Shown: in pieces, positions 20,960-39,861 of the stretch | Position numbering within the stretch: the stretch's first letter is position 1 | Layout: every line of letters starts with the position of its first letter | Assembly: GCF_009914755.1 (NCBI RefSeq) | Contig: NC_060934.1 | DNA from: the human T2T-CHM13v2.0 reference genome, Homo sapiens | Length of the DNA stretch: 64,000 nucleotides | Direction: 5' to 3' (one strand) | Made by a program: the position numbers and the translations under genes | The notes under the pieces: model-generated | The model's database searches: none | Seen by the model: only the letters and a program-made list of their open reading frames with translations | Told to the model about the DNA's origin: nothing

Positions 20960-21249
20960 CTGTAAAACAGTAATGGAAAAATTAACCATTTTTCTCACAT
21001 GCAAAAAATTTAATTTGAAAATAATCATTTCATTTCAAATTTCATATAAAGAATATTATTTTGGGACATTCTGCCTATCATCAAAAGAATATAAATATTA
21101 TTTTTAGCAATTATACTTATTTCTTATATGAACATATACTACTACCTAGAAGAACATTCAGTATTAGTACACTTTAAGTTTGATTGACTACACAGATGAA
21201 CCGGTGAATCACATAACAAGGAGTAATCTCATTTCCTTATGCCCCTCAA

Positions 21250-24086
<2,837 letters not shown>

Positions 24087-24669
24087 TGAACTCCTGAACT
24101 CAGGTGATCTGCCCATCTCGGCCTCCCAAAGTGCTGGGATTACAGGCGTGAGCCACTGCGCCCAGCAAACCTATTTATTTTAATGGTAAAAAACATACAT
24201 ATGGCAGATTCTTTACTAGCCCATGTTCCAATCCTTAGCTAGGATACTAGTAAGTTAAACTGGTAAGAGAGGAATGCAAACAAAGCTAATAAATATGATG
24301 TTTAGCCTTCTTTATTTCTATGCATAGAAAGTTCATCTATGAGATTAAATGAGATTGGGGAAGCAATCTTCCCCAGTTGCAGCTATGAAGAGTTTTTAAC
24401 TGTTTAATAAACAGACACAAAAATCAATTTCATGTCTATATAATAAACAAAAAATGACACCATTCACAACAACAAAAAATCAAATACCTAGGGGAAAGTC
24501 TAATCGAAGGTGTATAAGACCTGTCCAGGGAAAACAAAATGCTAATGGAAAAAATTAAAGGGAGACTTAAATGGACAAATATACCGTGTTCTAGAATTGA
24601 AAGGTTCAATACTGTAAAGATTTTCCTTGAATTGATTTATAGAGACAACAAAATCCCAAATTCCTAGCA

Positions 24670-24703
24670 GTGTGTGTGTGTGTTTGTGTGTGTATGTGTG
24701 TGT
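24670..24703 (+). repeat. Interrupted (TG)n microsatellite within an L1 fragment
   Basis: gtgtgtgtgtgtgtttgtgtgtgtatgtgtgtgt. Confidence 0.85.
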
Positions 24704-24864
24704 ACAGACTGACAAGCTAATTCTAAAAGTTATATGGAAATGAAAAGGATCAAGAACCAGGGCAATCTTGCAGAAAGATGAGCAAAGCTGGAGAACTATA
24801 TGCACAATCAAAAAAGTATCAAGTAATAAAACTGAAGAGAAATAAAATAAAAACTAATGCTTAC

Positions 24865-24941
24865 CTTTAGAAAGTGCAAGTGAATGATAGTAACCACAAG
24901 CAACCTGTACAATCTGGATATCTGACAAACTTTTAATATTT
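24865..24941 (-). CDS. HERC4: HERC4 coding exon 3 (exon 5), NIKSLSDIQIVQVACGYYHSLALSK
   Basis: Acceptor cttcttttctAG, donor AAG|GTAAGC; 77 nt, phase 2 to 1; RCC1 motif VACGxxHSLAL. Confidence 0.96.
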
Positions 24942-25943
24942 CTAGAAAAGAAGAAGACAGATCAAGACCAGTTAATTCCATTTAACAAATTGATCTTGAA
25001 TGCTATTTATGTTATTTATTGATGGCCTACTATATGCACATAGGTCATATTATTTTTTTTCATACAAGCTCAATTTTAGCGTACCAAAAATTTATGCTAA
25101 AATCAGTAAACAAGAGCTAGATACAAAAAAAAAAAATTAAAGGGGTGAAAAGAACACATCTTGGAAAGACAGTATTTAAGCAAAGTGAGCTATACTCATA
25201 CCTCAAGTACTCCTCAGAGTGCTCTTATAATTCAGATATTTTCTTTCATTATAAAAACGTGTTTTTAAATCATCAGCTTACAGTTAGAAACTTGGCAATA
25301 CATCTGGAAAGCAAATGTACATTATCTAATTTGTCTAAAATTGGTGTTTTGCCTAGTTTAATGCACGTTCTCCTTTATCGGGTTTCTTAAGAACCAACAG
25401 GGATTCTTGTATGTTCTACCAACTCTCAAATTATGAAACCTATTCCTTACAAGCTATCCTTTTGCTTTACGTCTAAATCAGGGACATTCAATTTTTTTAC
25501 TCAGGAAATTTACTCAATTCACAGTTATAACAATCATTACTAATATGTTAAGTCTTATTTTCTTCTGTCTTGTATTTTGTCCTTATACTTTCGTAATTTC
25601 CTTCCCCCCTTTCCTGAGTTTTGTTTTACCACAACGCAACTTTAAAGGCTCATTTTTAAAACATTACAAAACTCAATTAACTTTGTATGTACATCAACCA
25701 TCCCAGCATCTCCATTGGTTCTTTCCCTTTGCCTGGTCATGTTACTGTTTTTCCTGAATGAATGTTTTCAAGAAAAAAAGGGGGGATGCCAGATGCGGAT
25801 TACAGGTGGGTTACTGTAATCCCAGCACTTTTGGAGACCAAGGTAGGCGGATCACTTGAGGTCAGTCAGGAGTTTGAGACCAGACTGGCCAACCTGGTGA
25901 AACACTGTCTCTACTGAAAATACAAAAAAAAAAAAAAAAATTA

Positions 25944-26153
<210 letters not shown>

Positions 26154-26185
26154 TTATTTCCCTTTACCTGATACTGTCACCTGAC

Positions 26186-26257
26186 CTGATTCTGCCATAA
26201 GAGAGTCCGGAGCAAATTCTGACCAGAGAGTCGACACACATGATTTTCGGGAAGCAG
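26186..26257 (-). CDS. HERC4: Candidate in-frame 72-nt cassette exon of HERC4 (SCFPKIMCVDSLVRICSGLSYGRI)
   Basis: Branch-like TAAC, pyrimidine tract, ttgctgaAG acceptor; donor CAG|GTCAGG (alternatives at 26181 and 26168); open in the phase-2 frame; retains CpGs in an AT-rich intron. Confidence 0.55.
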
Positions 26258-27033
26258 CTTCAGCAAATCAAAGTTTGAGCAGGAAAAAGGAGAGTTACTC
26301 TGATTCCATATTATTGTATTAAAAATATTTTTATTTAGTGAAGTTATGCTCTTAACTACAAAACCTGAGAGCTGTACTGCTACAATTTAGCAGAATCCAA
26401 CAAATTAGCAGGATCCAATGCACCTTCAAATTTTCAAACTCAACAAAATGCCATTTCTTTGAAATAGCAAAATCAAACACTGGCAATGCAAACAGAGTAA
26501 GGAATAAAAAATACATGAACATACCCAACTGTGCTCAAATTACTAAACATTTACTGTTATTGTTTATGCATACTAGGCAGATGATACATTGACCTGTTCA
26601 GCATATTAAGTATTTTAGGAAAAAAAAACACTATTCTGAGTATCAAGTACAATTTTGCAAATGAAACATTTCAAAATACTACATTCTCACAGTACTGTAT
26701 GTTTTTTCCTTCAGAGCATTTATCGCTACTAACCACAGGTACCTATTCATTTAATATTTGTCTCCTCTGCTAAACAGTAAGTTCTGTGAAGGCAGACTAT
26801 GTGTTTTATACCCATGATAATGCCTGGCACCTACTATAGTGCCTAATTAATAGTACGTAATGAATATACTGTTAAAGGATAACTACATTTGTAAGGTCTT
26901 GGAGGCTTTAGTATTAGTCATAAAATTTGCCAAAAATTTTCTAAATTTGCATAGCAATTTATACTCAGTTACTCTCCTTTCCAAAATACTAACCTAAGGC
27001 TTGTAACACACATTAAATGCTAATATCTTTTAC

Positions 27034-27078
27034 CATTATATGCTACAGAGACCAGAAGTATATTCTTCTGCGTCATTA
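27034..27078 (-). other. Candidate 45-nt poison exon (in-frame TAA)
   Basis: Acceptor ttttttctttaacacAG, donor ATG|GTAAAA; in phase 2 reads SNDAEEYTSGLCSI*. Confidence 0.35.
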
Positions 27079-27456
27079 CTGTGTTAAAGAAAAAACTATC
27101 CCCTTTCATCTTCATATAAATGTATTAATACCCTAAAGAATGGGGGATATTGGCTTTGTTTTCTTTGTTTTAGCTTTTAGAAATTAAAAAATACTGTGAA
27201 TGGTAAAACAAGGCTTCCCATGTTCCATTTTTTCTAAAGAGATAAATTAGAAAATAATTAAATAAATTTGTTAGAACTCATCAAAAGTAATCCCCTTTGT
27301 CACATAAAAAAGATAATGTGTTTAATCATTTCTAATTTTTGAATATTCAAATACACTGAACAGAAAAGCAAAAGAAAGGCTGGGCGTGGTGGCTCAAGCC
27401 TGCAATCCCAGCATTTTGGGAGGCCAAGGCGAGCAGATCATAAGGTAAGGAGTTCA

Positions 27457-27798
<342 letters not shown>

Positions 27799-30428
27799 TT
27801 ATGGAATATGTATACTGTTGTATTCTTCTGTTTTCCCAACTTAATGTGTAGCGGCAATATAGGCAGAAATCAGGCATTGTTAGTTATGTTTCTGAAGACA
27901 AAATTCCAACCACTAATGTTAACAATTAGTAAAAAGTTTATATTATGTAATTAAACATTTGAGGAGCTAAAGTATTAAATATTTTGCAATTAAACACAAT
28001 TACCAATTTTCTATTTTCCAGTTAAGCCACAACTTTCCTAGTAATTTAAGAAAAATCTTAACACCAACTCATTTCAATTTTGAAAAATTTATCTCAGAAT
28101 AGGGGAGTAGATTTTTAAAAAAATGAAAAATTTAGACTAAAAACTGACCTACTCTATACCATTAAAAACTACTCTTTAATTTTTCTTTTTAATCTATAAT
28201 GTTCCAAATTTTCAGATGCTAAAATTAGGCAGGAATTGTAATATATCTTAAAATGAATAACAAGAAAATAAATTGTATTTTTGACCAAGCTAATAATTCA
28301 AATATGTTTAGTTTGTATAGTCCAGAAATTGCTGTACTCACAAAAATAATAATCTTATACTATCTTGCCATAATTTTTTAATGTATATGTCCAAGAAGCA
28401 GAACTTTTAAAAGATAAACTACATCTTTATTGCCAACAATTATTTTTCTGAAGTCTGTGTGCAAAGTTATGTGTTTCCACTTATATTAAACTACGATAAT
28501 AAAATTTGGGTCAATTTTTTAAATAAAATGGTGTAATATATATTCTATATTAACATCTAGCCAGAAATGCAGGTCTACAGACACTATTTAAAATACTTGG
28601 TCTTTCCCAAAGTAGTGACTTCAAAACAAAACAAAATTAGAAGTAGGAAACAATTCATTATCAAACTGTTTCAGTTATATCCTATTGTTAATTTCACATT
28701 CTTCTTTAATATTATCCATCCACTGGCATTAAAAATGGGTTTTGTTGTCACAAAAGTATAACCTAATGCGAATCTTCACTTTTCTGATTACTCTTTTTTT
28801 TTATTTTTTGAGATGGAGTCTCGCTCTGTCGCTTAGGCTGGAGTGCAGTGGTGCAATCTCGGCTCACTGCAACCTCCGCCTCCCAGGTTCAAGCAATTCT
28901 CTGCCTCAGCCTCCTGAGTAGCTGGGATTACAGGCGCCTGCCTGGCTAATTTTTTGTATTTTTAGAAAAGACAGGGTTTCACCTTCTTGGCCAGGCTGGT
29001 ATTGAACTCCTGACCTTGTGATTCACCCACCTCGGCCTCCCAAAGTGCTGGGATTACAGGCGTGAGCCACTATGCCCAGCCTATTCTGATTACTCTTACG
29101 AAAATCTATAAACACTAGGCAGGACACAGTGGCTTACGCCTGTAATCTCAACACTTTGGGAGGCCAAAGCCGGTGAATCCCTTGAGTCCAGGAATTTAAG
29201 ACCAGCTGGGCAACATGGTGAAACTCTGTCTCTACAAAAAATACAAAATTGGCCAAGCATAGTGGTGCACGCCTATAGTCGCACCTACTAGGGAGGCTGT
29301 GGTGGGAGGATGGCTTGAGCCCAGGAGGTCGAGGCTGCAGTGAGCTGTGAGCATGCCACTGCACACCAGCCTGGGTGACAGAGTGAGACTTTGTCTCAAG
29401 AAACAAACAAACAAAAATCTATAAACACCAATTTTTAGAAATCTGTTTATAGATACTATATGTAAAATTTACAAAGCTGGCTGACATCTCTAAGCCACCT
29501 AGAAAAAGCCTTACATCTGAAAAATGATTTGGTACTGAAATTAAAACCAAAACTCTCTTGGCACTCTTCCTTTTATAAAAAAACATTTCCACTGAAATAC
29601 TAAATGGCCCTTTAAAAGCTGGTAATATCAGTAAAAACTATGTATACGTTACAACAAATCAGATCAAGCCATAAAATTTTGAAAAACTGAGAAGGATGAA
29701 AAGCAGAAATACCTTAACATACAGCTTAAAGTTAATACAGATGTTGAGCACATACAAAAATAAAGATGTTGAAACCAAAGAACTCAAGTAAATTCTCTTT
29801 CAGGTCCCCATCCAGGTTCATAGTTGTTATTATTGGACAACCCTCATATAAATTTTATACATAATAAAATTCTCTCCTTATAATTAACTTTCTTTCCATT
29901 TATTATTTACCTATGTATTACTGACTAAAGTCCCTTAAAAGTGAACAGCAACAAAAGTTTAAGTATGAGAATCATCAGACTGGTAGAGTAAAAATAAAGG
30001 AAACTAGAAAGTTTTGCCATGAATCATGGTTTTGAGAATACTGACTCAGAAGATCTAACATGCAAATCTCTTTTCATCCTAAACACAGTTTTTTAAAAAT
30101 CTTAAATTTAAAATCCTGTTCTATAAGAATTACTATTACTAGGAAAAAGAACAAAAGAGTTTAAAGAGGTCAGAATTTGTGTAAATTTTAAAACTAAGTA
30201 TGAGTTAATGTATTATTTATGTATCTGAAATAAACTGAATACTGAAATCTGTATATTTTTACCTATGTAATTCATGCTGTTAGAGTTTTTAATATTAAAA
30301 CAATGATTAGCCAGGCACAGTGCTTCACGCCTATAATCATGAGTACTTTGGGAGGCCAAAGTGGGCAGATCTTGAGGTCAGGAGTTCGAGACCAGCCTGG
30401 CCAACATGGTGAACCCCCATCTCTACTA

Positions 30429-30620
<192 letters not shown>

Positions 30621-31178
30621 CTATGTAACTGTGTAAGACTAAAACATTGATGAGGCACTGCTTATTTTTTAATTGTGAAATAATTATATGATGAATTAAT
30701 TAAATTGGGCTCACTGCTATGTACAAAGTGGAAAGTGACTAAATTCTTTTTACAGTAAGCATGTTGGACTTCTATATTCAACAGAAACAATAAAGACTAA
30801 AAAAAGGACAAGTTAGTGAAAAACATTCAACAAACCAATATTTAATAAATATTTCAATAGCAGGAATACTCAAGATAGTAGTAGTTTAAATTAGTATAAC
30901 CCACTAAAAAAATTTGTAATGAAGCAAGTATTCCCTATGCTTTTTTTACAGACATAAATTCTATTGATTATAGAGAAAATATAGAGTATATAAAAATAGC
31001 AAATCAATCAATAGCTCAATCAACATCATAAGCAAGAACCAAACTCTTATCAAAGGACTCAAAGGGGAGAAATAATGAGATGTCAACTCTTACAGGCCCA
31101 AAGATAAGCAGAACAATTTAGATTAACAAATTTATTTTAAAAGATTGTTAAGGACCTCTTTCTGGTCACCTTTGTTAC

Positions 31179-31338
31179 CTGGGTACTCTGATGCATTCCT
31201 CTGATCCTACCAGGCCAAGCTGTCCATCAGAATCGAGACCCCAAGCATACACCTGGCCTTTGTCATTTAGCGCTAACGTATGAGCTTCTCCACATGAAAC
31301 AGCTACAATATTTTGGGCATCCAGGGCAACAACCTGCT
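31179..31338 (-). CDS. HERC4: HERC4 coding exon 2 (exon 4), (E)QVVALDAQNIVAVSCGEAHTLALNDKGQVYAWGLDSDGQLGLVGSEECIRVP(R)
   Basis: Acceptor tttctgtAG, donor CAG|GTAACA; 160 nt, phase 1 to 2; continues the RCC1 repeats in frame. Confidence 0.96.
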
Positions 31339-31949
31339 CTACAGAAATCAAGAAGAGAAATATTGCATTCTAGTACAGAAATCAAGGAAAAAGATATTGC
31401 ATTCTAGTTTTGAACTTCCAATAAGAACAAAACACATTCTTCATTTTATACAAACAAGCTAAAGAAATGCTTAAACACACACTAGATATAACCAGTTATT
31501 TTGAACTATTCAACAAATATGTTCCAAACGTAATTCTCATTGTGGTAAACCACAGATAAATATATCATAGGGCATAATCAACTCAGAATATCAAGTGACC
31601 TGAACATTTTGGGAAGAAGTTAAGGGTTTATAAAGATTCTCTCAGAATGTACCTTCTATTCAAATCTATTACTAATAAAAGAGTCCAGGTGAAAAAAAAA
31701 AGAAGAAATCATTTAAATAACCTGGGCTGCTTGATTTTAACAATAAGATCATAACTGACACATATATTACAATGTATATGCTGCCATGAAGTGATTCTGA
31801 AATTAAGGAAACAGGCACGGTGTGCTGGCTCACGCCCATAATACCAGCATTTTGGGAGGCCAAGGAGGGCGGATCGCTTTAGGTCAGGAGTTCAAGACCA
31901 GCCTGGCCAAAACGGTGAAACCCCATCTCTACTAAAAGTACAAAAATTA

Positions 31950-32099
<150 letters not shown>

Positions 32100-33452
32100 T
32101 CAAGATAAAAAAAGGAAATTAAGGAAATAATCTGAATTAGCAATTTCTGAATGGAAAACAAATTTTTTAAAGATCTCATAAATAAAGCATCTATTAGATA
32201 TGGTGAGTAGAGAACTGAAAGGCAGTAAACCATGACTGACAGGGTTTCCATTTGTGGACTGCCAACTTAATATCAAAAGATACATGTAGTTAAAATATGT
32301 TCAATTTTTAAAACAGAAATTAACTTAAAATATTGGCCCTTAAAATACTGGCCCTACTACCAGTAGCCATCAATTGACAAATCAATAAGGAAAGTGAATT
32401 TGTTTCTCTTAGTCCTCAAGATGTGTTTGTCAGGTTTTTTTACTAGTATCACAAGTTTTTTAAAAGATACCATTTAAAATTAACTTTCTTTCAGCTTAAT
32501 AAGAAAGCTATAATCATTGTCTTCAACAAACTAAAAGTCTTATGTTGAAAGTGGTTAAAACTGGATCAATCAGGGTTTCTTCAGAGGCATAGTTTAGCTC
32601 AATTTACAAATGCAGCTGTTCAATAATGAAACAGACTGAACCAAAGAGGCTGAAATTCCTATCTATACAGAAATTCAAATTGTATCTAGATTACTATCTT
32701 GCATTTTGGAGAGGGAGGTTAGCCCTATATAGCCTCTAGGAACCTGCACAACTCTAATGATGTATTAAGTACTTACCTACTCCTGAAGCTTCCAGTACAT
32801 GAAGTTTATTACACTAATATCTCATTTTTTGTATAGCTTTTAAAAAAGTATTTTACAGAAACATACAAAAACAAAAAAGGCAAGCAAGATATGACACACA
32901 CTGTTCCAAAAAAAAAAAAGAAAAAATACTTAGAAGCATCATTTGTTTATATCAAAACATTCCCATAAATCTTAATTATGAAGAAGTAAATGTTTAAAAG
33001 ATCTGTTATCTCAGAGGCTCCAGAAAAAGTCAAGTTCTCTCCAGAACAATCCTCAAAGGAAGTAGCAGAAAATGATAGGATGACAAGACAGGTAAGTAAG
33101 ACTGCTTGGTTGGTTCAACAATAACAAATTAATAGCATCAGCTATAAAGATAGCAATGTAAAGTCAAAGGTACCAAAGGTACCAAATGTCAATGTAAAGT
33201 CAAAGATAGCAATGTAAAGTCAAAGGTACCAAAATCCACGAAACAAAGAAGCAATCATTTATATTAAACAGTTGTATTGTACACTTCTTGTGCTCCAAGC
33301 ACTGGAGAGAGAGAGAGAATAAAATAAGCGTCCTAGCCCTCAATGAGTTTACAGCCTATGGAAAAGGAGGTGAGATAAAGATTGTGACTAAATGCTAAGA
33401 TAAACATATACAAAAGGCATTAAAGGAATATGAGCTATTTATGTAAATCTTA

Positions 33453-33596
<144 letters not shown>

Positions 33597-33869
33597 TTAG
33601 CCAAGCGTGGTGGCACACATCTGTGGGGAGACAGAGTGGGGAGAATCACTCGAGCCCAAGCAGTTGAAGCTACAGTGAGCTGTGATCACGCCACTGTATT
33701 CCTTCATGGGCTATAGAGGGAGACTGTGTCTCCAGAAAAACAAACAAACAAACAAACAAAAAAAAAATGAAGAATTTTGGAAGACAGTGAAAACTAGCTA
33801 AGTCCTGAGCTGAGGTAAGAGAAGGAGTCCATGTATCCATTTGAGGAAATTTGAATTACTTGTTATAGC

Positions 33870-36130
<2,261 letters not shown>

Positions 36131-38113
36131 CATTTTTAAAACTTTGGAAAGATAAGTCGGGCACAGTGGCTCACATCTGTAATCCCAGGACTTTGGGAGG
36201 CTGAGGTGGACAGATCTTAAGGCCAGGAGTTAGAGACCAGCCTAGGTGGTGGGTGTCTGTAATCTCACTATGAGAACTGCCTGAATCCAGGAGGCAGAGG
36301 TTGCAGTGAGCCAAATTCACACCACTGCACTCCAGCCTGGGTGACAGAGTGAGACACTGCCACAAAAAAAAAAAAAAAAAAAAAAAAAAACACTTTGGAA
36401 ACTAACAAACGAACAGGCACAGTGGCTCATGCCACCTAGCACTTTGGGAGGCTGAGGCGGGAGGATGGCTTGAATCCAGGAGTTCGAAACCAGCCTCGGC
36501 AACATAATGAGACCCTGTCTCTACAAAAAAATTAAAAATTAGCCAGGCATGGGGGCAAATGCTTGTAGTTTCCACTACTCAGGGAATTGAGGTGGGAGGA
36601 TCTCTTAAGCCTATGAGGTCAGGGCTACAGTGAGCCGTGATTGTGCCACTGCACTCAAGCCTGGGAGATAGTAAGACGGTCTCAAAACAAAAAACAAACA
36701 AGGCCAGACGCAGTGGCTTATGCCTGTAATCCCAGTACTTTGGAAGGCTGAGGCAGGCAGATTGTTGAGTCCAGGAGTTCAGGACCAGCCTGGACAACAA
36801 AAACCCCATCTCCACTAAAAAAACAAAACATTAGCCATGCACACCTATAATCCCAGCTACTCAGGAGGCTGAGGTAGGAGAATCACCTGATCCTGGGAGC
36901 CTGTGGCTGCAGTGACCAAGACTGCATCACTGCACTCCAGCCTGGGCAACCAAAGTGAGACCCTTTCTCAAAAACAAAAAAACAACTAACAAGCGTAGTT
37001 ACTTAGAAGGGATATAGGCAGAGGGAACAATAGCGTGGTCAAATGTAAGAGCCAAGCTTCTCAATGTATATTTAAATTGCTTTGATGTTTGAACCATGTG
37101 AATATATATTGTCTTTTCAAAACAAACAATAAATAAAATATAACTTAAAAAATATAAAAGAAACAGACGCTTAGAGTAAGTAGTTAAAGCAATGTATTAA
37201 AACCATTGTTTTCATTTTAAAACTAATCTGAGCTCTTTAATCTTTTTCAACATACTAAATACTGAAGATAATTTTTGTTCTTTCAGAATTTTAGCCCCAT
37301 CAAATTATTGGGATACTAACTTTGAAAATGGATAATGACTTCAGCAATACATTATTATAAAAACACACAACTTGAGAATAATATTTAATAGCTGACTTTT
37401 TAGACATCAAATACACAAAACTGATAACTTCACTATAATTTTTAAAAAGTTATCTATTTTTTTCCAAATGGCTCATCAAAGTGAATAATCTCAACCATTT
37501 TTCCCCAGTATCCTAGAAAGTCATATCAATGGTTTGTTGAGACATTTTACATCCAAGTCAAATTCTGGTTGAATACTCAAATCAAGATGGCCTAAAAAGG
37601 GAGATAATGACAAGCAAGAATGAAGAGAAATAAATGAATCCAGCAAAACAAACAAAAAAATTCACTTACAAAGCCTGGCCCAGTAATGTTCCGTGTAAGA
37701 AAGGGATGCAAAAAAAACTCATGCCAAATCTAACAGCTAACATTTATTATTTACTATGTTCCAGGTACTATCACCAAAGTACATTTACCTTTAAAGGCCA
37801 ATAACACAATTAGAAAACGGAGAGTTAAGGGGGGATTAAACCACATCAATTGATGATCAGTAGAAAAACCCAAAGACCAAAAAAAAAAAAAAACAAAGAA
37901 AAAACTTGCCACACAAGTCCATTAAAAAAACTATTGAATCCTTTGATAAATAAGGGCTACAAAATGTTGAAATTACAAATGTTTGATGCTAAACTTGTTG
38001 GAAAGGTTTAATAACAGCATATAATCATTATAGTCAACAGTAATTCTGAAATAAAAAGGTATGTTATTTAAAAATATAAATACACACAGACAAAACATAT
38101 GGCAAAATGTTAA

Positions 38114-38305
<192 letters not shown>

Positions 38306-38959
38306 TAGTAGAGACAGAGTTTCACCATGTTAGCCAGGATGGTCTTAATCTCCTGACCTCGTGATCCGCCCGCCTCGGCCTCCCAAAGTGCTGGGATTAC
38401 AGGCGTGAGCCACCATGCCCGGCCAATGTTAACACTATTCTTTCAACTTTTCTTTTCTTTTTTTTTTTTTTTTGAGACAGGATCTCACTCTGTTGCCCAG
38501 GCTGGAGTGCAGTGGCGTGATCTCGGCTCACTGCAACCCCGCCTCCGAGGCTCAAGTGATCCTCCCACCTCAGGCTCCTGAGTAGCTGAGACTACAGGCT
38601 AATTATTTGTATTTTTTAGAGGTGGGGTTTCACTATGTTGCCCAGGGTGATCTCGAACTCGTGAGCTCAAGCAACACGCCCGCCTCAGCCTCCCAAAGTG
38701 TTGAGATTACAGGCATGAGCCACCGCGCCCAGCCTCAACTTTTCTTTATGCTTCAAACTGTTCATATAAAAAGGGTGAAAAAAAAGTATCATTGTGTTCC
38801 TATCAGTATTTATGAGTCACAGTATTTCTCTTCAAGAAAAAAAAAGAGACATTTAATTTTTGGAGGCACAAAAAGGAAAACACAAGTGGAAAAAATTGCC
38901 TTTTGAATTCATTTTTCAGAGACATAGGCAAAACCTGAAAAGATAAAGTGCTAGACAGA

Positions 38960-39700
38960 TGAAACATATCCACTTTGTAGATAACGACTTCGAATACATC
39001 TCTAATAGGTCCTTGTTCATCATTACTTCTGGTTCTTCTTACACTTCTATAATTAATCATACTTTTGAAAACACTAATGGCGCATCATTTTACCGAGGAG
39101 AAAGAGGGCATCCTTCTTTGCTTCTTAAAGAAAGACTTTCATTTTTAGGCTTATTTTTAAAACAGTTAAAATGATCAACCTAATGAAAATTTTCATTTCT
39201 ACATCATCTGTGTCCTTCCAATCACCTTTGTAGGCAAATCCAACTTCAGTGTTTGTTTGCTTACGAACTACATCAAGTACATTTTTCTGCACAAATATCA
39301 TTAAAAAAAAGAATACTGTCTCACATACAGGATAGACAGGTCCAGGTTCTTGTTGCAAAATATTACATAACAAAGTACTTCCTGTTGAATGAGTAACTGG
39401 GTAAAAATATCCTATGTCCTCTGGGACCTCAGAAATATTATCAATTAAGCTTGTGAAAATTCATATAGAGTATCATCAACTCCAATTCATTGTGTAAGAG
39501 TTCACTTATATGATCAATTTCACCATCATAAAGTGCTGCTCTCTCTGATAACGTCTGAATTGTGAAACATCTCCCTCTTGTCAATTTTCTTCTCTTTGCC
39601 ATTATGAACACAGAGTGAAAAATTCTATATTCTTAATTGTGGAAAACGAAAGCTACAAAAAGAGAAAAATAAAAGCTACAAAGATAGAGACTCCAGACTT
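38960..39700 (-). mobile_element. piggyBac-family DNA transposon fossil (Looper-type) with disrupted transposase N-terminal half
   Basis: Minus-strand fragments MAKRRKLT (ATG 39602), NILQQEPGP, YKGDWKDTDDVEMKIFIRLII, RTRSNDEQGPIRDVFE resemble piggyBac transposase blocks; frameshifts and stops. Confidence 0.75.
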
Positions 39701-39861
39701 GTTTTATACCTTCTTAAAAAATGACACAATACTCTGTACAATGCACGAAGAAACAGAAGGATGCTATATACTGATAGTTTATTTCACTACTGCATCATCC
39801 TTCTAAGAAACCACATCATTCTTCCACTTATTAGTCTTTTTATTCTAGTCTAGCTGGGAAT

